Source: Octopus vulgaris (Eukaryota). Taken from it: DNA of 64,000 nt. Every line of letters starts with the position of its first letter. The stretch's first letter is position 1. Of this stretch, positions 38,370 to 51,743 are shown piece after piece. Position numbers and translations under genes: made by a program. The notes below the pieces were generated by a model, which was given only the letters and a program-made list of their open reading frames with translations, made no database searches and was not told the DNA's origin. The stretch is from assembly GCA_951406725.2 (NCBI GenBank), contig OX597815.1, forward strand, positions 54,064,001 through 54,128,000, read 5' to 3'.

Positions 38370-39715
38370 TATAGGTAAATATTTCTTGTAACTTATGGAT
38401 AGACATTTTCCAATACAGCACAAATATGGAAAACTCTTTAATAGGCATAACCTAAAAATTAGCTTTAGTTCCATCCCAAACTTTAAAAGTATAATCATAC
38501 ACAATACATCACAACAACACGAAGCCGGCTGTTCTTGCAGGAATATAGACTTGTGCCCACTAAATGGAGCCAGTATCACCGAGATCATTATTTATGAAGC
38601 CACTATAAATTCCACAAACACTAATAATACAGTTTCATCCAAGAGGTGTATGGGTCTCACAGAGGGAAATTTCAAAGCAAGATTCAACAATCACACCTTA
38701 AGCTTCAGACACTGGAATAAACGAAAAACTACCAAATTATCCAGTTATATATGGTTCTTAAAAAAACAAGGTGCCAACTACAAGATTTACTGGAAGATCT
38801 TAGCCTGGTGTAAACCTTATACCAGCGGTAGTGGCAAGTGCGGTCTTTGTAATATGAAAAGACTAGCCTAAGGTGACCCACTCTACGCGCGGGTAAGAGT
38901 CTGGTTGTTACTTTCTGTTGCTTCCATTCTGTTTTTTCATCACCACATTCTCCCTCTTTGTTTCTCTCTCCTCTATCTCTCACTTTCCCACTCTCTTACT
39001 CTTCCTTTCTCTTGGACTCTCCCTCGCTTTCTCTTACTCTTTATCGTTCTCTATCTATCTATTTCCCATTTATAAACAACGAAAGATCTTGAATAAGTTG
39101 AGAAAGAAAATACTTTGAAAGGTCAATCATAAATATCAGGCAGTGACAACGGAAAGGTCTGCTTCAAGGTAGACAGCAAAGCACTAATATTTAAAAGGGA
39201 CTAAGTTTGAAGGGATAGAATCTGAGGATAGTAGAGTCACCATGGCTGGCATTTCTTAACGACGGACAGCAAAGTAGTGGCAGTTTAACGGCTGGCGTAA
39301 AATTTTGAACTTGATGTAAAAGAAAATTCCTAAACACCAAGTTTTGAAGTGATTGTTTCTCACGACATTAGACTCACCAGGGCAAGCATTCAAAACTTCT
39401 TCATCATGGACGGCAACACATTAAAGATTTAAAGGCTGGCGCAAATTTTTTAGCTTGATGTAACAGAGAATTCCTAAACACCCGCTACTGTAAATTTTAA
39501 TCCCCTTTCAGACCCATTAAGAGCCCTTTTCACATTTTGGTTAAAATAGCCCGATTTCATTCGGGTCTACTCGGGCCACATTTTATAAGATGAGGAATTT
39601 TGTCCTAGAGGTCACGCCTTTCATTTGAGGAAAAAAAATAGTTGCCATGCAAGCTCGCCAGCACTCTTAACATATGTGTGCATATTTTCAGCTCAATTGA
39701 CCATATAATGCACAC

Positions 39716-39780
<65 letters not shown>

Positions 39781-39794
39781 GTACATATATACGC

Positions 39795-39845
<51 letters not shown>

Positions 39846-40560
39846 ACGCATTATATATATATAAATGTATACAAATTATATATATATATATATATATAAA
39901 TACAGATATTTACACTTTGTATATATACATTATATATACATATTTATATATAGAACACACACACACACATATAAATTAATCCAATAAATATATGATTCAT
40001 AATATGTTCTCATGATTGTGTGGTGGTGGTTGTGGTGATAATAATTCTCTCTATGAATGCAGACAGACGTAGAGAGAGAGAGATGATGCGGGAGAAAGAG
40101 TGACGCGGCGGGGAAAAGATTGTAGACACTGTCGAACGACGTTATAGAGAGAACGTGAAAGGAAGGGAGGAAAGAGAGAGAGATGGAGAAAGACAGACAC
40201 ATAAAAGAATGAGAGAAGACTTATCAAAGTGTGCTTTTTTACCCTAGTAACCACACCTTTTAAGATAGGGATTTCTAACCTAGTCTACTAACATCCTCAC
40301 CTCATTTTACATGTCCCTGTAAATTTTGGAGTCAATCCGACTGGATCTAATGCCCTTTAACTCGTTCCAATGCCAAAACCAGACAAACAAACTTTTCGCA
40401 TTTCAGATTTATAGATATTGATGGCTTATCTGGAAAAGTTCCTTGGACACCGCTACATGTTTAAATTCAAGAACTGAACCTTTTGGAGCATTTCGACATG
40501 TCAAAAAATACCTGTTACAGTTTTGGGCCCTCAAGTTCACAGCTAGAATCCGCATTTTTA
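38370..40560 (+). pseudogene. Penelope-like (Naiad-like) RT-linker/GIY-YIG ORF fragment interrupted by a Helitron
   Basis: HFP..KLFNRHNLKISFS, CSC..CPLNG, IIYEA..MGLTEGNFKARFNNH, LSSYIWFLK and CGLC. After the Helitron the frame continues WLIWK..CLNSRTEPFGAFRHVKKYLL. Confidence 0.85.
38863..40421 (-). mobile_element. Complete non-autonomous Helitron (1559 bp)
   Basis: 5' A^TCAATATCTATAAATCTG at 40421; 3' hairpin ACCCGC-gcgtaga-GTGGGT plus CTAG^T at 38863; no TSD; removing it restores the PLE reading frame. Confidence 0.9.
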
Positions 40561-41097
40561 CTATGTTCCTGCACAAGCTTTCCCTTATGTTTTATCTTCC
40601 AGTAATATTTTATTTTTTATATATATATTTTTCCTTTTTTTCCTTTTCCTTTTTAATTATATACATGTGTAAGTGTATATGTAAGTATATGTTTGTGCGT
40701 GTGTATGTGCATATGTTTGTATATGAGAGTAAGACTGTGTCTGGTGCATATGTGCAACTTTCATGCACATTTCCCCTTTATTTATACGAATATGCATATG
40801 TTTGTATATATGCGTGAGAGTGAATGTATGTCTGCATATATATACGTATATTTATACGAATATATATATAAATATATATGTATTATACATTATTTACATT
40901 TGACGATATTTGTCCTCATCGAAATTTCCCCGAGACACCTGATGAAGGCTGGAGGGTATGATTCAGCAGCTTTTCATAGCGTCTGTTGCCATTATTAGGC
41001 GACGAGTATGTATCGTAGCTCTTCGCTCCGACATTCGAAACTCCGTGTACTATAATGACAACCTTTTACAGTTTTTCTAAATTATAATACACACACA

Positions 41098-41156
<59 letters not shown>

Positions 41157-41186
41157 TTCCCCTTTATTTATACGGATATGCATACG

Positions 41187-41231
<45 letters not shown>

Positions 41232-43299
41232 TTGTTGATAAATAAATACATATATCATTAGATTGATTTAATTGCTATCTTAATTGATAGATATAAATTA
41301 TTCATGAATATGAGTTTTTATTTTTGTTATATCAATATGTTGTATTTCGAAACTTATTTCCTTATTTTTAACGTAACAAAGGAAGTGCAGAGCCTCTCTG
41401 CACAGATTAAAACCATTTATTTTGAAATACTAAGAGTGTGGAGAAGGATCTAGAACACAGCTTGACTTATGTTAAATGAGGAAATCAACGTTGCTCAGAT
41501 CATCTCTGTAGGTTTTATGTATTTCAATTAGGATGGTTTCTCTCACCCTCAAATTTCCATTAGATCTCTCTGTGTCATTGGCTGTCATTGTGATTTTGTA
41601 AAAATTGCATGATACATATGGCAGATCATACACTAGTAGCACAGTTCAAAAGCTGTCCAATGTACATTTTCATAAATACTACTGTCATAGCAAAACAGTC
41701 ACCATAACCAGATTACGGTGATTCTGGAGGCCAAAGAGCGAAATATTAGAAAATCGAGAATTAAAGAAGACATTCTATTTAAAACAAAAGCGTTTCCATT
41801 GTCTTAACATTAAACAGAATCCAAATTACTTTGATTGGAATTGACACAACACTACTAGTTAACCAGTGTTGAATTTGCCATATAGTTTTAGCGATTGGAA
41901 AATATCTGACTTTAATTTGTACAAACTGTATTTGGTTTTACTTTCTTACGTTGGGAAGGGATTTTAAAACCTAAAATCTCAATATACGAGGTAAATAACA
42001 CACACGCGAGCGCACACACGTACACAGATGCACAAACACGCACATATACACGCACACACACAACACACATAAACACACATGCGTGTACGGAAGCAAATAT
42101 AATTACAAACAACGTTATCTCAGGATTCAGCAATATCTTTAAATCAAAAATTTGAAGGGAATACCAAAGCTTCATAAGAACAGGTTGCTGAGTCGTTTTG
42201 GCTTATGTATACATCGGCTGCGATGAAGTTAAAATGCAATAATAAAAGAGCAAGCACTACACTTCCTATATATTTCGTATATTTCGTATATTGCTAAGTC
42301 TGTAGAAAATGAATATATAAAAATCTGTAGTAAAACAGTTTGAATGTCAAGTGTTAAACCAATGTTAAATCGTCAGCAAAAAGCAAAAACATTATAAAGA
42401 GTTGTACATTTATTGTTGTAAGCGGATGTATGAATGTATAAATATAATGCGTAGACTTCATGAATATACCATTAATGTGATTGTGCATTTCGCTCTTGAA
42501 TTCAATTCTTGAACTTGAAATGAATATGTAAATGCAAGAAGAGGCAGTGTAATACTTAAGAAACTGAGATTATCCCCCACACCAAATGTAATTCAAAGTA
42601 AAGAATTTTAACAGGGAATAGAAATTTCGAAGTTTAATTTTTATTTGAAAAGCATTTTCCCGTTGATGTCTACAAATGAAATAATCTATTTTTAACAAAT
42701 ATTGAAGAAGGTTTACGGTAATGGTAAATATATAATTGTATATAATTGTGTAAGTGGAGTTTACGATCTTTCAAATGTTTCTGAATGAGTAGCCTATGTC
42801 TTCTACGCTGCAATCGCTAAATGTAGCTGATAGTTATATATATATATATATAAGAAATGACCTGTAAGTGGACATCCATTATGCTAGAAGAGCGGTTATG
42901 GACTTACCACTAAGAAAGAAATGTTCTCAAAAAAATTTAGCAAACGCCAGAACGTAAGCGAGCACGACAAATGAAATGATACAAAATATAGATTAATCAA
43001 AAACCAGATTTCGTTGTTAATGCTTACGTAATCATTTACGTAATTATCCGCAACTGGTCAGTGTGATCGTCTCTGCAAATATAATTTGCAGAACTATACA
43101 CGAAACGTCTGCTTGAGATTGAATGTGTATACAGTTCTACCCATTACAATTGGGGTCACTTTTCAAAAGTCTTCGATTTGGCGCGCCAAACTACCGGAAA
43201 TAATTCTGCAGAAAATAATTATCTGCAGTGAATGTTGCCACTTAGAGAACATAGCTATCTAAATTTAAATTTAACGTGAGCGAGCAAGACAAATAATTC

Positions 43300-43535
43300 A
43301 CGCTGCTCCAGTCCTCTCAGCTGGCAAAAATGAGTAGTTCCTGTATTTCAAAGGGCCAGCCTTGTCCCATTCTGTGTCACGCTGAATCTCCCTGAGAACT
43401 ACGTCGAGAATACGCATGTCTGTGGAGTGCGCGTGTCTGTGGAGTGCTCAGTCACTTGCACGTTAATTTCACGAGCAAGCTATTCAGTTTATCGGATCAA
43501 CTGGAACCCTCGTCGTCACAACCGACAGAGTACCA
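43300..43535 (+). mobile_element. SINE-like repeat fragment (family D)
   Basis: GC-richer block CAGCTGGCAAAAATGAGTAG..CTGAATCTCCCTGAGAACTACG..GGAACCCTCGTCGTC; recognised by style only. Confidence 0.4.
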
Positions 43536-43598
43536 GATGTAGATACATGAGCAGATTTGTGTGTTTTGTTGTCAGTATATATTCTCATGTATATAGTT

Positions 43599-43800
43599 GT
43601 ATGTATGTATGTATGTATGTATGTATGTATGTATGTATGTATGTATGTATGTATGTATTTATGTATGTATGTGTGTATGTATGTATGTATGTATGTATGT
43701 ATGTATGTATGTATGTATGTATGTATGTATGTGTGTATGTATGTATGTATGTATGTATGTATGTATGTATGTATGTATGTATGTATGTATGTATGTATGT
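43599..43800. repeat. (TATG)n microsatellite
   Basis: Directly visible. Confidence 0.97.
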
Positions 43801-43860
43801 GCGTCATATAACCAGAAATCTCCCGGACATTGTAAACGACAAGTATTCATTCGTTGAATA

Positions 43861-44111
43861 TTAGGTTGTCAAGAAAGTTCTCGCGGAATTTTTAATTTTG
43901 GTTTTAAATTATGTATTTTCAAATTAATTTTCGTTAAATTACTTTGATTTTATATATTGTTTTAAAGCCCGTTTTTTGAGTAATTAGGTAATTTTTTTCT
44001 GGAACGTTGAATACAACATGGACAAAAAGCAAATTCACACAATTTTCTTATTGCAGTTCAAGCTAAGCCGAAAAGCTGCTGGAACAGCTCACGATATCAA
44101 CGATGCGTTTG
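43861..44111 (+). mobile_element. 5' fragment of a cecropia/Hsmar1-like mariner
   Basis: TA + TTAGGTTG TIR start; ORF start MDKKQIHTIFLLQFKLSRKAAGTAHDINDAF (cf. Hsmar1 DKKQIRAIFLFEFKMGRKAAETTRNINNAF). Confidence 0.8.
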
Positions 44112-44475
44112 ATGTATCAATACCAGCGGATGATAACGTGTCTCTAAAAGAAATGGAGAAACTTTCAAAATACAAAGACCTGGAAATAGAGGTAACCAGA
44201 ATGTGGAATCTAAAAACAGAAACAATTCCTATCATAATAGGTGCATTAGGCATGATAAAAAAATATTCAGACAAATACATAACAAAAACACCAGGACTTA
44301 CAAACACATATAACATACAGAAAATTGCACTACTAGGCACTGCACACATCCTACGCAGAACACTTTCCATACAATAACCATCAGAGCATCACAACAAATC
44401 ACAGCACATACCCAAGGCACACAGAGCTGCGCTCGGTAGTGAAGTGAAAGCACGCTATAAAAATAAAACTACTGA
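44109..44475 (+). mobile_element. Short 5'-truncated R4/Dong-type LINE (RLE C-terminus, 3'UTR, AAT tail)
   Basis: DVSIPADDN..KEMEKLSKYKDLEIEV..MW..PIIIGALG..QKIALLGTAHILRR; tail AATAAAACTACTG then (AAT)n at 44474-44586. Confidence 0.88.
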
Positions 44476-44478
44476 ATG

Positions 44479-44563
<85 letters not shown>

Positions 44564-44583
44564 TAATAATAATAATAATAATA

Positions 44584-46320
44584 ATAAGCCATCTATTTTA
44601 TATGGATGACTTAAAACTGTATGGTAAAGACATTAATGAACTTGAAGGCCTATTGCGCACCGTGAAAGCATTCAGCGATGACATCGGGATGGAATTTGGA
44701 CTTGAGAAGTGTGCCAAGGCCACTTTCCAGAAAGGGAAAGTGAAGACCACAAATTCAGTCGTGTTAGATGTTGACACAGTCATAAGAGAGCTTGAGCAAG
44801 AACAAACATACAAATATTTAGAGATAAATGAAGGCTCTGGTATTCAGCATGCAAGCATGAAAGAGAAAATCATGAAGGAATGTTATAGGAGAGTTCGTGC
44901 AGTCCTGAAATCTGAACTAAATGCACGTAACAAGGTGTTAGCTATAAATTCCTTTGCAGTTCCAGTTGTTACTTATAGCTACAATGTGTTGAACTGGAAT
45001 ATGAGTGAAGTAAAGAATATAGATAGGAAAATACGCAAGCTGCTGAGTTGTAATAGGATGCACCACCCAAAGGCAGACGTAGATCGCCTTTACCTTCCCA
45101 GAGCCCAAGGAGGTCGAGGCCTGATCCAATTTGAACTAGCTTACAAAACAACCACAATTGGACTGGCCAAATATCTCGAAATATCGAATGACTGGATGCT
45201 AAAACTCGTGGAAAATCACGAGAGACGAAAGAAGCTTCATTTTATCATAAAGGAAAGCAAAAAATTTGCTATTGATCTCGTGCAGGATACCCAAACTGAA
45301 CAACCCGAGGGAAGTACGGCAACTATTGTTGCTAAGAAGGTGAAAATGATGGCAATGAAGAAAGCGCACGAGCAATTGGCTGATAGGTGGGAGGAGAAAC
45401 CTCTGCACGGCAAATATGTGACCCGCAGCAAACAAGCTGATGTTGACCAGAATCAAACCCATCAGTGGCTACGGAGCTCAGGGCTAAAAGCAGAGAGTGA
45501 AGGTTTCATCCTGGCTGCTCAAGATCAAAGCCTATTAACCCGGAACTACCAGGCCAATGTGATGAAAAATGGAGCAGACCCAAAATGCCGATTGTGCAAC
45601 GACATGATTGAAACAGTGGACCACCTAATCTCTGGATGTAAAGTCTTAGCACCAGTGGAGTATAAATTAAGACATGACAGAGTTGGCCAATATCTCCACT
45701 GGCTAATAAGTCGGCATTACAATATCAAAACTGCCGACAAGTGGTATAATCACCACCCTGAGGCTGTAACTGAAGGAGAAAATGTAACCATTCTGTGGGA
45801 CTTTCCAGTACATACAGACCGAACCATCAAGGCCAATAAACCAGATATTGTTGTGAAAGACCAAAACAATAAAGTTTGCTTATTGATCGACATGAGCATC
45901 CCTTGTGATCATAATATCTCAGTGAAAGAGTTTGACAAGTCAGAAAATATAAAGACCTACTCATTGAAATTGAGAAAATGTGGCATCTCAAGGCGGTTAC
46001 AATACCAGTGATCGTAGGAGCACTAGGAATGATCAAGAAGGGAACCGAAAATTATATGAGAATGATCCCTGGCTTACCATCCCTGCAAGAAGTGCAAAAG
46101 ATTGTCTTAACTGGTACATCACACGTATTGAGAAGAGCATTGTCGATGTGAGAACTGTTGCTGCTCATGTATTTTAATTTAACTTAAAAAAAAAAAAAAA
46201 TGAACGAACTACTGAGTTTGGTTTAATGGCCTACCATTGTATACTATGAGTTTCTTTGCCCTAGGAGTCGGGAAGACACTCGGCAAGAAATGGAAGCAAA
46301 TTTGAAAGAAGAAAAAAAAA

Positions 46321-46372
<52 letters not shown>
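44584..46372 (+). mobile_element. 5'-truncated, relatively young R4/Dong-type LINE between two (TAA)n tracts
   Basis: About 450 open codons from SHLFYMDDLKLY through the CCHC knuckle CRLC..ETVDHLISGC, RHD and NKPDIVV..LIDMSIP. One frameshift near 45938, then KYKDL..GALG..RRALSM* (46151); (TAA)n tail at 46322-46372. Confidence 0.93.
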
Positions 46373-46374
<2 letters not shown>

Positions 46375-49363
46375 GACATTTTAAATTCCAGTTTATAGAT
46401 AGTTACATCAAATTTGGAGCTTGTATAATTTAATGTTAACGAAATGATATATGAAGTCTCACTTATGTGATATAGTGAACTGAGAAAGTCCGATCTCATG
46501 AGACTGACCAAGGAATTGCTTAACACGAATATTCTGTAGCAGTGTTTAAAATCTAAATGAAACGAATAATGAATATAACTCCATTTTAGACTATTGTGAC
46601 AATGTATATTAGAGTGGATCTTCTCTTTAAGGCCAACTAATGAAAGCAATAGGCATTTTTCAGTTATATAAAATCTCAAATAGGTTGCTTTAATTTTTAT
46701 CTCACTATATTACATATGTGTGAACCTACCATAGATGTAATTATCTGCAGAGTACTTTCATTGGGTAGTTTTCCCCAGCCTTATTGCTGATGTTTACAAT
46801 CGGTTTACATTCTCTCTGCCTCTGGATATATATTGCTTTTGTTGTTGGAAACTGTGTAAAATGTGCTTCATTGAGGAGTACAAATAATACCGGAAGAAGT
46901 CCATGGTTTTCACCACTTAGTTTTGCAGACTAGTCTCAATTCAATCAGCTTTGTGTATATTGACCAAAAATTACGATCACTGACCATACTGTACTTGCTT
47001 TTAGATTTAAATCTTAGAATGTGTTTTTATCAACAAATTTATTTGATATTCTCACTTGATCAAACCTTTTTAACTTAGTAGAATACATATGTGAGGCCAT
47101 ACTGTAGTTATAATTTGTATGCACAATGCTCCTCGAGAATATCTCCGTCTATAATCATATTGTTTTTAATGCCAAGACATGGTTGCTTTCATTTACAGAA
47201 ACAAATAAAACAGAAATAAAAATAGAATAATATATGTATTGAAAGAGCTATCTCTCGATATTATTACATAGTATTCTATAGATTAATTGATAGACACATA
47301 GATAAAGAGAAAGTATAGAGAAAGGGCAACTGAAAATATGTAGACTGGTCATCATGCTTACACATACATATGTTAGGTAGAAATATATTCGCTATTAGGT
47401 TCCACAACGCCTGCACACATTAACATTCACATTGAAACATAGACAAGCAAATACACAAGCAGACACGCACAAACAAATATATGTCAACGCACACACATGC
47501 CCCAACCACCCACACACCCACACACACACACACACCATAATGTAATATACATTTAGTCGTGGAGACATTTGAACTTTGTCACAGGAATGATTATATGCAG
47601 TAAAATTGATGGCGATTGTCCAGAATTAAGGTCAGTGAGAAGGTTTTATTGAATCAACTCAGTATGCAATTGAGACAATCTAGACAGCTCTTTGTTTTAT
47701 TGGCGGACGGTCAACATTTGTTTCTTTCCTCTGTCATCCATAATTGATTCAGAGGAAAGTGCTTGACCAAATTTCAACAAATTAAATATATTACCACATA
47801 GAGGTAGAAACTGAGAATTGGTTCGACACATACACGAACACGGTAATGAATTAATGAAAGATACCATACAAGAATAATGAAAAGCACTCCAGCATAAGAG
47901 AAAGCCACACACACGCAAATACAGATATAACACATACAGATGTATAACTTTGAAGCTTATAATTAACATGTAAACATCTGACAGAAGCCTGTCTCTAGCA
48001 CAGTTCGCCTGCTTCCACTTACGCACCCTCTCTCTATATAAGCAAATGTCTTTCTTTCTTTTTCTCTCTCCCCCCCCTCTCTCTCTTTCTTTTATAATCC
48101 ACTCACACTAAACTATAACTAAAAATTAATTATTAATGCTGCCAACATAATTTCTTTTATAATTTCCACTACTACATCATACTTTCCCACATTGTACTTA
48201 ACACAATACATTATCATCAAAGATGTACCCATGTGCATAAAGGTATCTCTAACTAGATATTTCACCGTCTCACTAAATTGTAAATTTTCATGGTGAAAAT
48301 AAATAAATACACACACACATACGCTCACATACCTATTCATACATTTATATAGGCACGCATGTATTTTCGTATAAAACTGGCATACCTTTTTTAGGGATAC
48401 AAATAGGTTTCGAAAACTAAAAATGCGGGACGGCTATATCCAAAAAAATTGCTCGATGACCATTTAATGAAATATATTGGATGAATAAATTGACCATTTG
48501 ACTATTTGTTGGTCAAATAATTTATCCTTAGATATACGCATTCATACTCTAGAATACTGTTATATATATAAGTGTATAAGCAAAGAATTCGGCACTCAAA
48601 AGGACCTCGGGGCAATATATGAATCTAATGTTCATAACATCTCTTGTTTTAGATAAAGGTCGACGTTAGATTTTTCCCCAAATTATCGGTAACCCCGAAT
48701 GCCCTATAAATGCATGTGGTCACTGGTGGATATGTTACAATGTTAACAACTGATTCGCTCATTTGCTAACGATTTCGCCATAAGTTCTGTATATATGAAA
48801 TATAAATATTCCATATTGGGTAATACAATATTGTCATGACTTTAAAATGTTGGTGACATTTGATATAATCTCACCAAATTAATTAGCAACTTCTACACTT
48901 ACCTCCTTCAAATAAAAAAGAGTCCATTGTTAAATCTAAGTATAATTAAAGTAAAGATTATTCTTCAAATTAATTTTGAACTAGTCTGTTCGGAGACAAG
49001 CAAATTAATGGATCTTAAATCAAAGTACTTTTGTATTATAAACAGAGACGGGTTACGTCGTAAATGTAAGTTTAGCAAATCAATGACAGAAGTAAGTAAG
49101 TAAACCATTTTCACGTATAACAATAGCAATATTTCGAAATACTCCCCCACTACACTGCTCTTATGTGTTACTAGGGCACCTCACTCAAATTTTTTCAAGT
49201 ACTGTCACATAACCCTTTGATGTATCATTTAACGTATCATTTGATGTATCATTCATCTGTTCAGTCTTTTATTGGAATGAAACGAACAAGACTCAATATC
49301 ATCTTCGGTTAAAACTTCTTAATGTAGCTCACAATATAATGCAAGAGAGAATATATAATTATA

Positions 49364-50633
49364 CGAGGGGCGTTCAATAAGTAATGCCCCTGACCCACTT
49401 GCAGTTGTTTGATCTAGCTGAAACTTTGCATGTTCACTTATTTATACCTCTATAGATTAAGTGGCGAATTACAACTCTGGACCAATTGTGGTTTCTGATT
49501 TACAGCTGTTTGAACTGAGTCAAGTGTGAAATGGAGCCTATGGAGTGTCGAGCAGTGTTCTGGTTTCTGTATTTGAAAGGACGCACACCACGGGAGACTT
49601 TTGATGAAATGAAAGTAACTTATGGTGATGATGCCCCATCATATGACCTTGTAAAACGCTGGCATTGTGAATTCAAACATAGTCGAAACTCTGTGGAAAC
49701 AACTCCCAGATCTGGTCGCCCCCTTCTGCCGTTGATGAGACGTCTGTCCGTCAAGTTGAGGCTGCCATTTTGGAAGGTCAACGCATAACTATTCGCCAAA
49801 TAGCTCATAAGGTCAATATTAGTACCGGGTCTGTGGAAACTATCATTCATGACCATTTGCATATGCAAAAGGTGTCTGCCAGATGGATTTCCAGGTTGCT
49901 CACACCTTTCCAGAAGCAAGAACGCGTCGAGTGCTCGAGGATGAATTTGGAGATGTGCCAAGAAGATGAGTAAAAATTTTTCAAAAGACTGATCACACAG
50001 GATAAAACCTGGGTCCATCACTATGATCCATAGACCAAAGCCCAGTCAATGCAGTGAAAGCACCGTGACTCACCTCCTCCAAAGAAGGCAAGGGTGCAGC
50101 CCTCCGCTGACAAGGTTATGCTCACAGTCTTCTGGGACCAGGACGGAGTAGTGATGACAGATTTCCTGGCAAAGGGTACCACAATTACAGGAGCCTATTA
50201 TGCTTCACTTTTGAGGAAATTAAGAGAAGCTATCAAAATCAAGAGGCGGGGCAAGATCAGCAAAGGCATCCTCCTCCTGCAGGACAACGCTCCGGTCCAC
50301 AACTCGCGTGTCGCCAGATCAGAAGCACAGGCGTGCAGCTATGAACTCCTCCCCTTGCACCTTCTGATTTTCACCTCTTCCTAGCCATGAAGTTGATTTT
50401 GAAAGGAAAGCGTTTCCCAGATGATGCAGCCTTGATTTCTGAAGTCACGTCGTGGTTGGAGGACCAAGCTGGGGTCTTCTACAAAAACGGTCTCCAGAGC
50501 TGTATCAAACGATGGGAGAAATGCATAACTCTGGGTACTTCCTATGTAGGAAAAGACTAATAACTGTGCCAAGTGTCATTGCTCTACTGCAATGGGAAGT
50601 GGGTCAGAGGCATTACTTATTGAACGCCCCTCG
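49364..50633 (+). mobile_element. Near full-length DD34D mariner (1270 bp) with a pseudogenised transposase
   Basis: TA TSDs; TIRs CGAGGGGCGTTCAATAAGTAATGCC.CTGACCCACTT at both ends. Transposase at 49531-50560 with KVSARWI, ITQDKTWVHHYDP and QDNAPVH; stops, frameshifts and a deletion in the YSPDL motif. Confidence 0.95.
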
Positions 50634-50749
50634 TATATATATGTATATATATTTTTTTTTCCTGTGCGATAAACAGAGCGCTATGGTGTGGTGAGCAAGC
50701 TAATCTGACTGTAGTGTTATGGATTGTTTATTAAATTAATAAGTGTACA

Positions 50750-51330
50750 GTGACCACACCATAATGGACTGTTAAACCACTTAATACGCATAAACTGACC
50801 GCGCAATTATTGACCGTGCTAAACGTGTAATGTATTATGGCCATCACTATGCATTGTTATAGAAATTAATGTCGTATTATTGACATCTATGTGGCATTCT
50901 TCTGTTTACAAAGTTACACCGTTTCACCAGTTAACCAAATCTCTCCTCAAATGAAAACACCTGATATAAACGTAAAAAACATGCACCTCGGGCATTTTAT
51001 TTTGTTCAAAGTGGATACTATGCATATTTGTACACGTCCCAAAGCACTGTCTCCCGAGCGATAAACAGAACACCAACTCAGCAACACTGAATCGTTGAAT
51101 ACAAACAAATCAGACTCTAATGTTGTGGACACTTTATTCTATTAATATGTATACAATGACCATATCATTATGGACTGTTAATCCACTTAATGCGCATAAA
51201 CTTACCATGCATTAATTGACCGTGCTAAACGTATAGTGCATTATGGAAATCATTATTCTGTGTTATAAAAATGAATGTGTTATTAATATGTATGTTACTT
51301 CTCTTTGTTTGCCAGCACAAGGTAACTACC
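50750..51330. repeat. Two diverged direct copies of a ~170-bp segment (period about 405 bp)
   Basis: TGACCA..ATGGACTGTTAA.CCACTTAAT.CGCATAAACT..TTGACCGTGCTAAACGT at about 50751 and about 51157. Confidence 0.8.
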
Positions 51331-51480
51331 ATGGTCTACTCATGCAGGCGTGTGTCTGAGTCTTACTTGTGTGTGGTCATCGATGCGGGAGTTTTTATAC
51401 CTCAGTATCTGCGTTTTTGCTTCTGTGAACATGTTCGGGTGTCTATAGAGAGAGGAATCTGTGTGTATGTGTGTGTGTGT

Positions 51481-51521
<41 letters not shown>

Positions 51522-51693
51522 GTTATTATTCTTTTACAAAAACGCTATTGACAGAAACTTCGAAACTTCGGACTGGTTGCTTTCATCGGTCATACAGTAA
51601 AAGACTAATAATTATGTACCCTGTAAAAAGTATTGTGTAATTCTTCAGTATTATCTAAAATTGTTTTTATTATAATTCAACATTAAAAACATA

Positions 51694-51743
<50 letters not shown>

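Noticed and set aside
40935-40970. CUGAUGA plus a GCUG/CAGC stem
   Set aside because: GAAA and stem III are missing; at most a truncated hammerhead remnant.
44476-44586. Poly-isoleucine N-terminus of the 511-aa ORF as a signal or transmembrane segment
   Set aside because: It is the (AAT)n target/tail tract read in frame with a 5'-truncated LINE.
51315-51320. 6-nt plus-strand microexon (ttgccAG|CACAAG|GTaact)
   Set aside because: Too short to distinguish from chance, with no supporting neighbouring exons on that strand.
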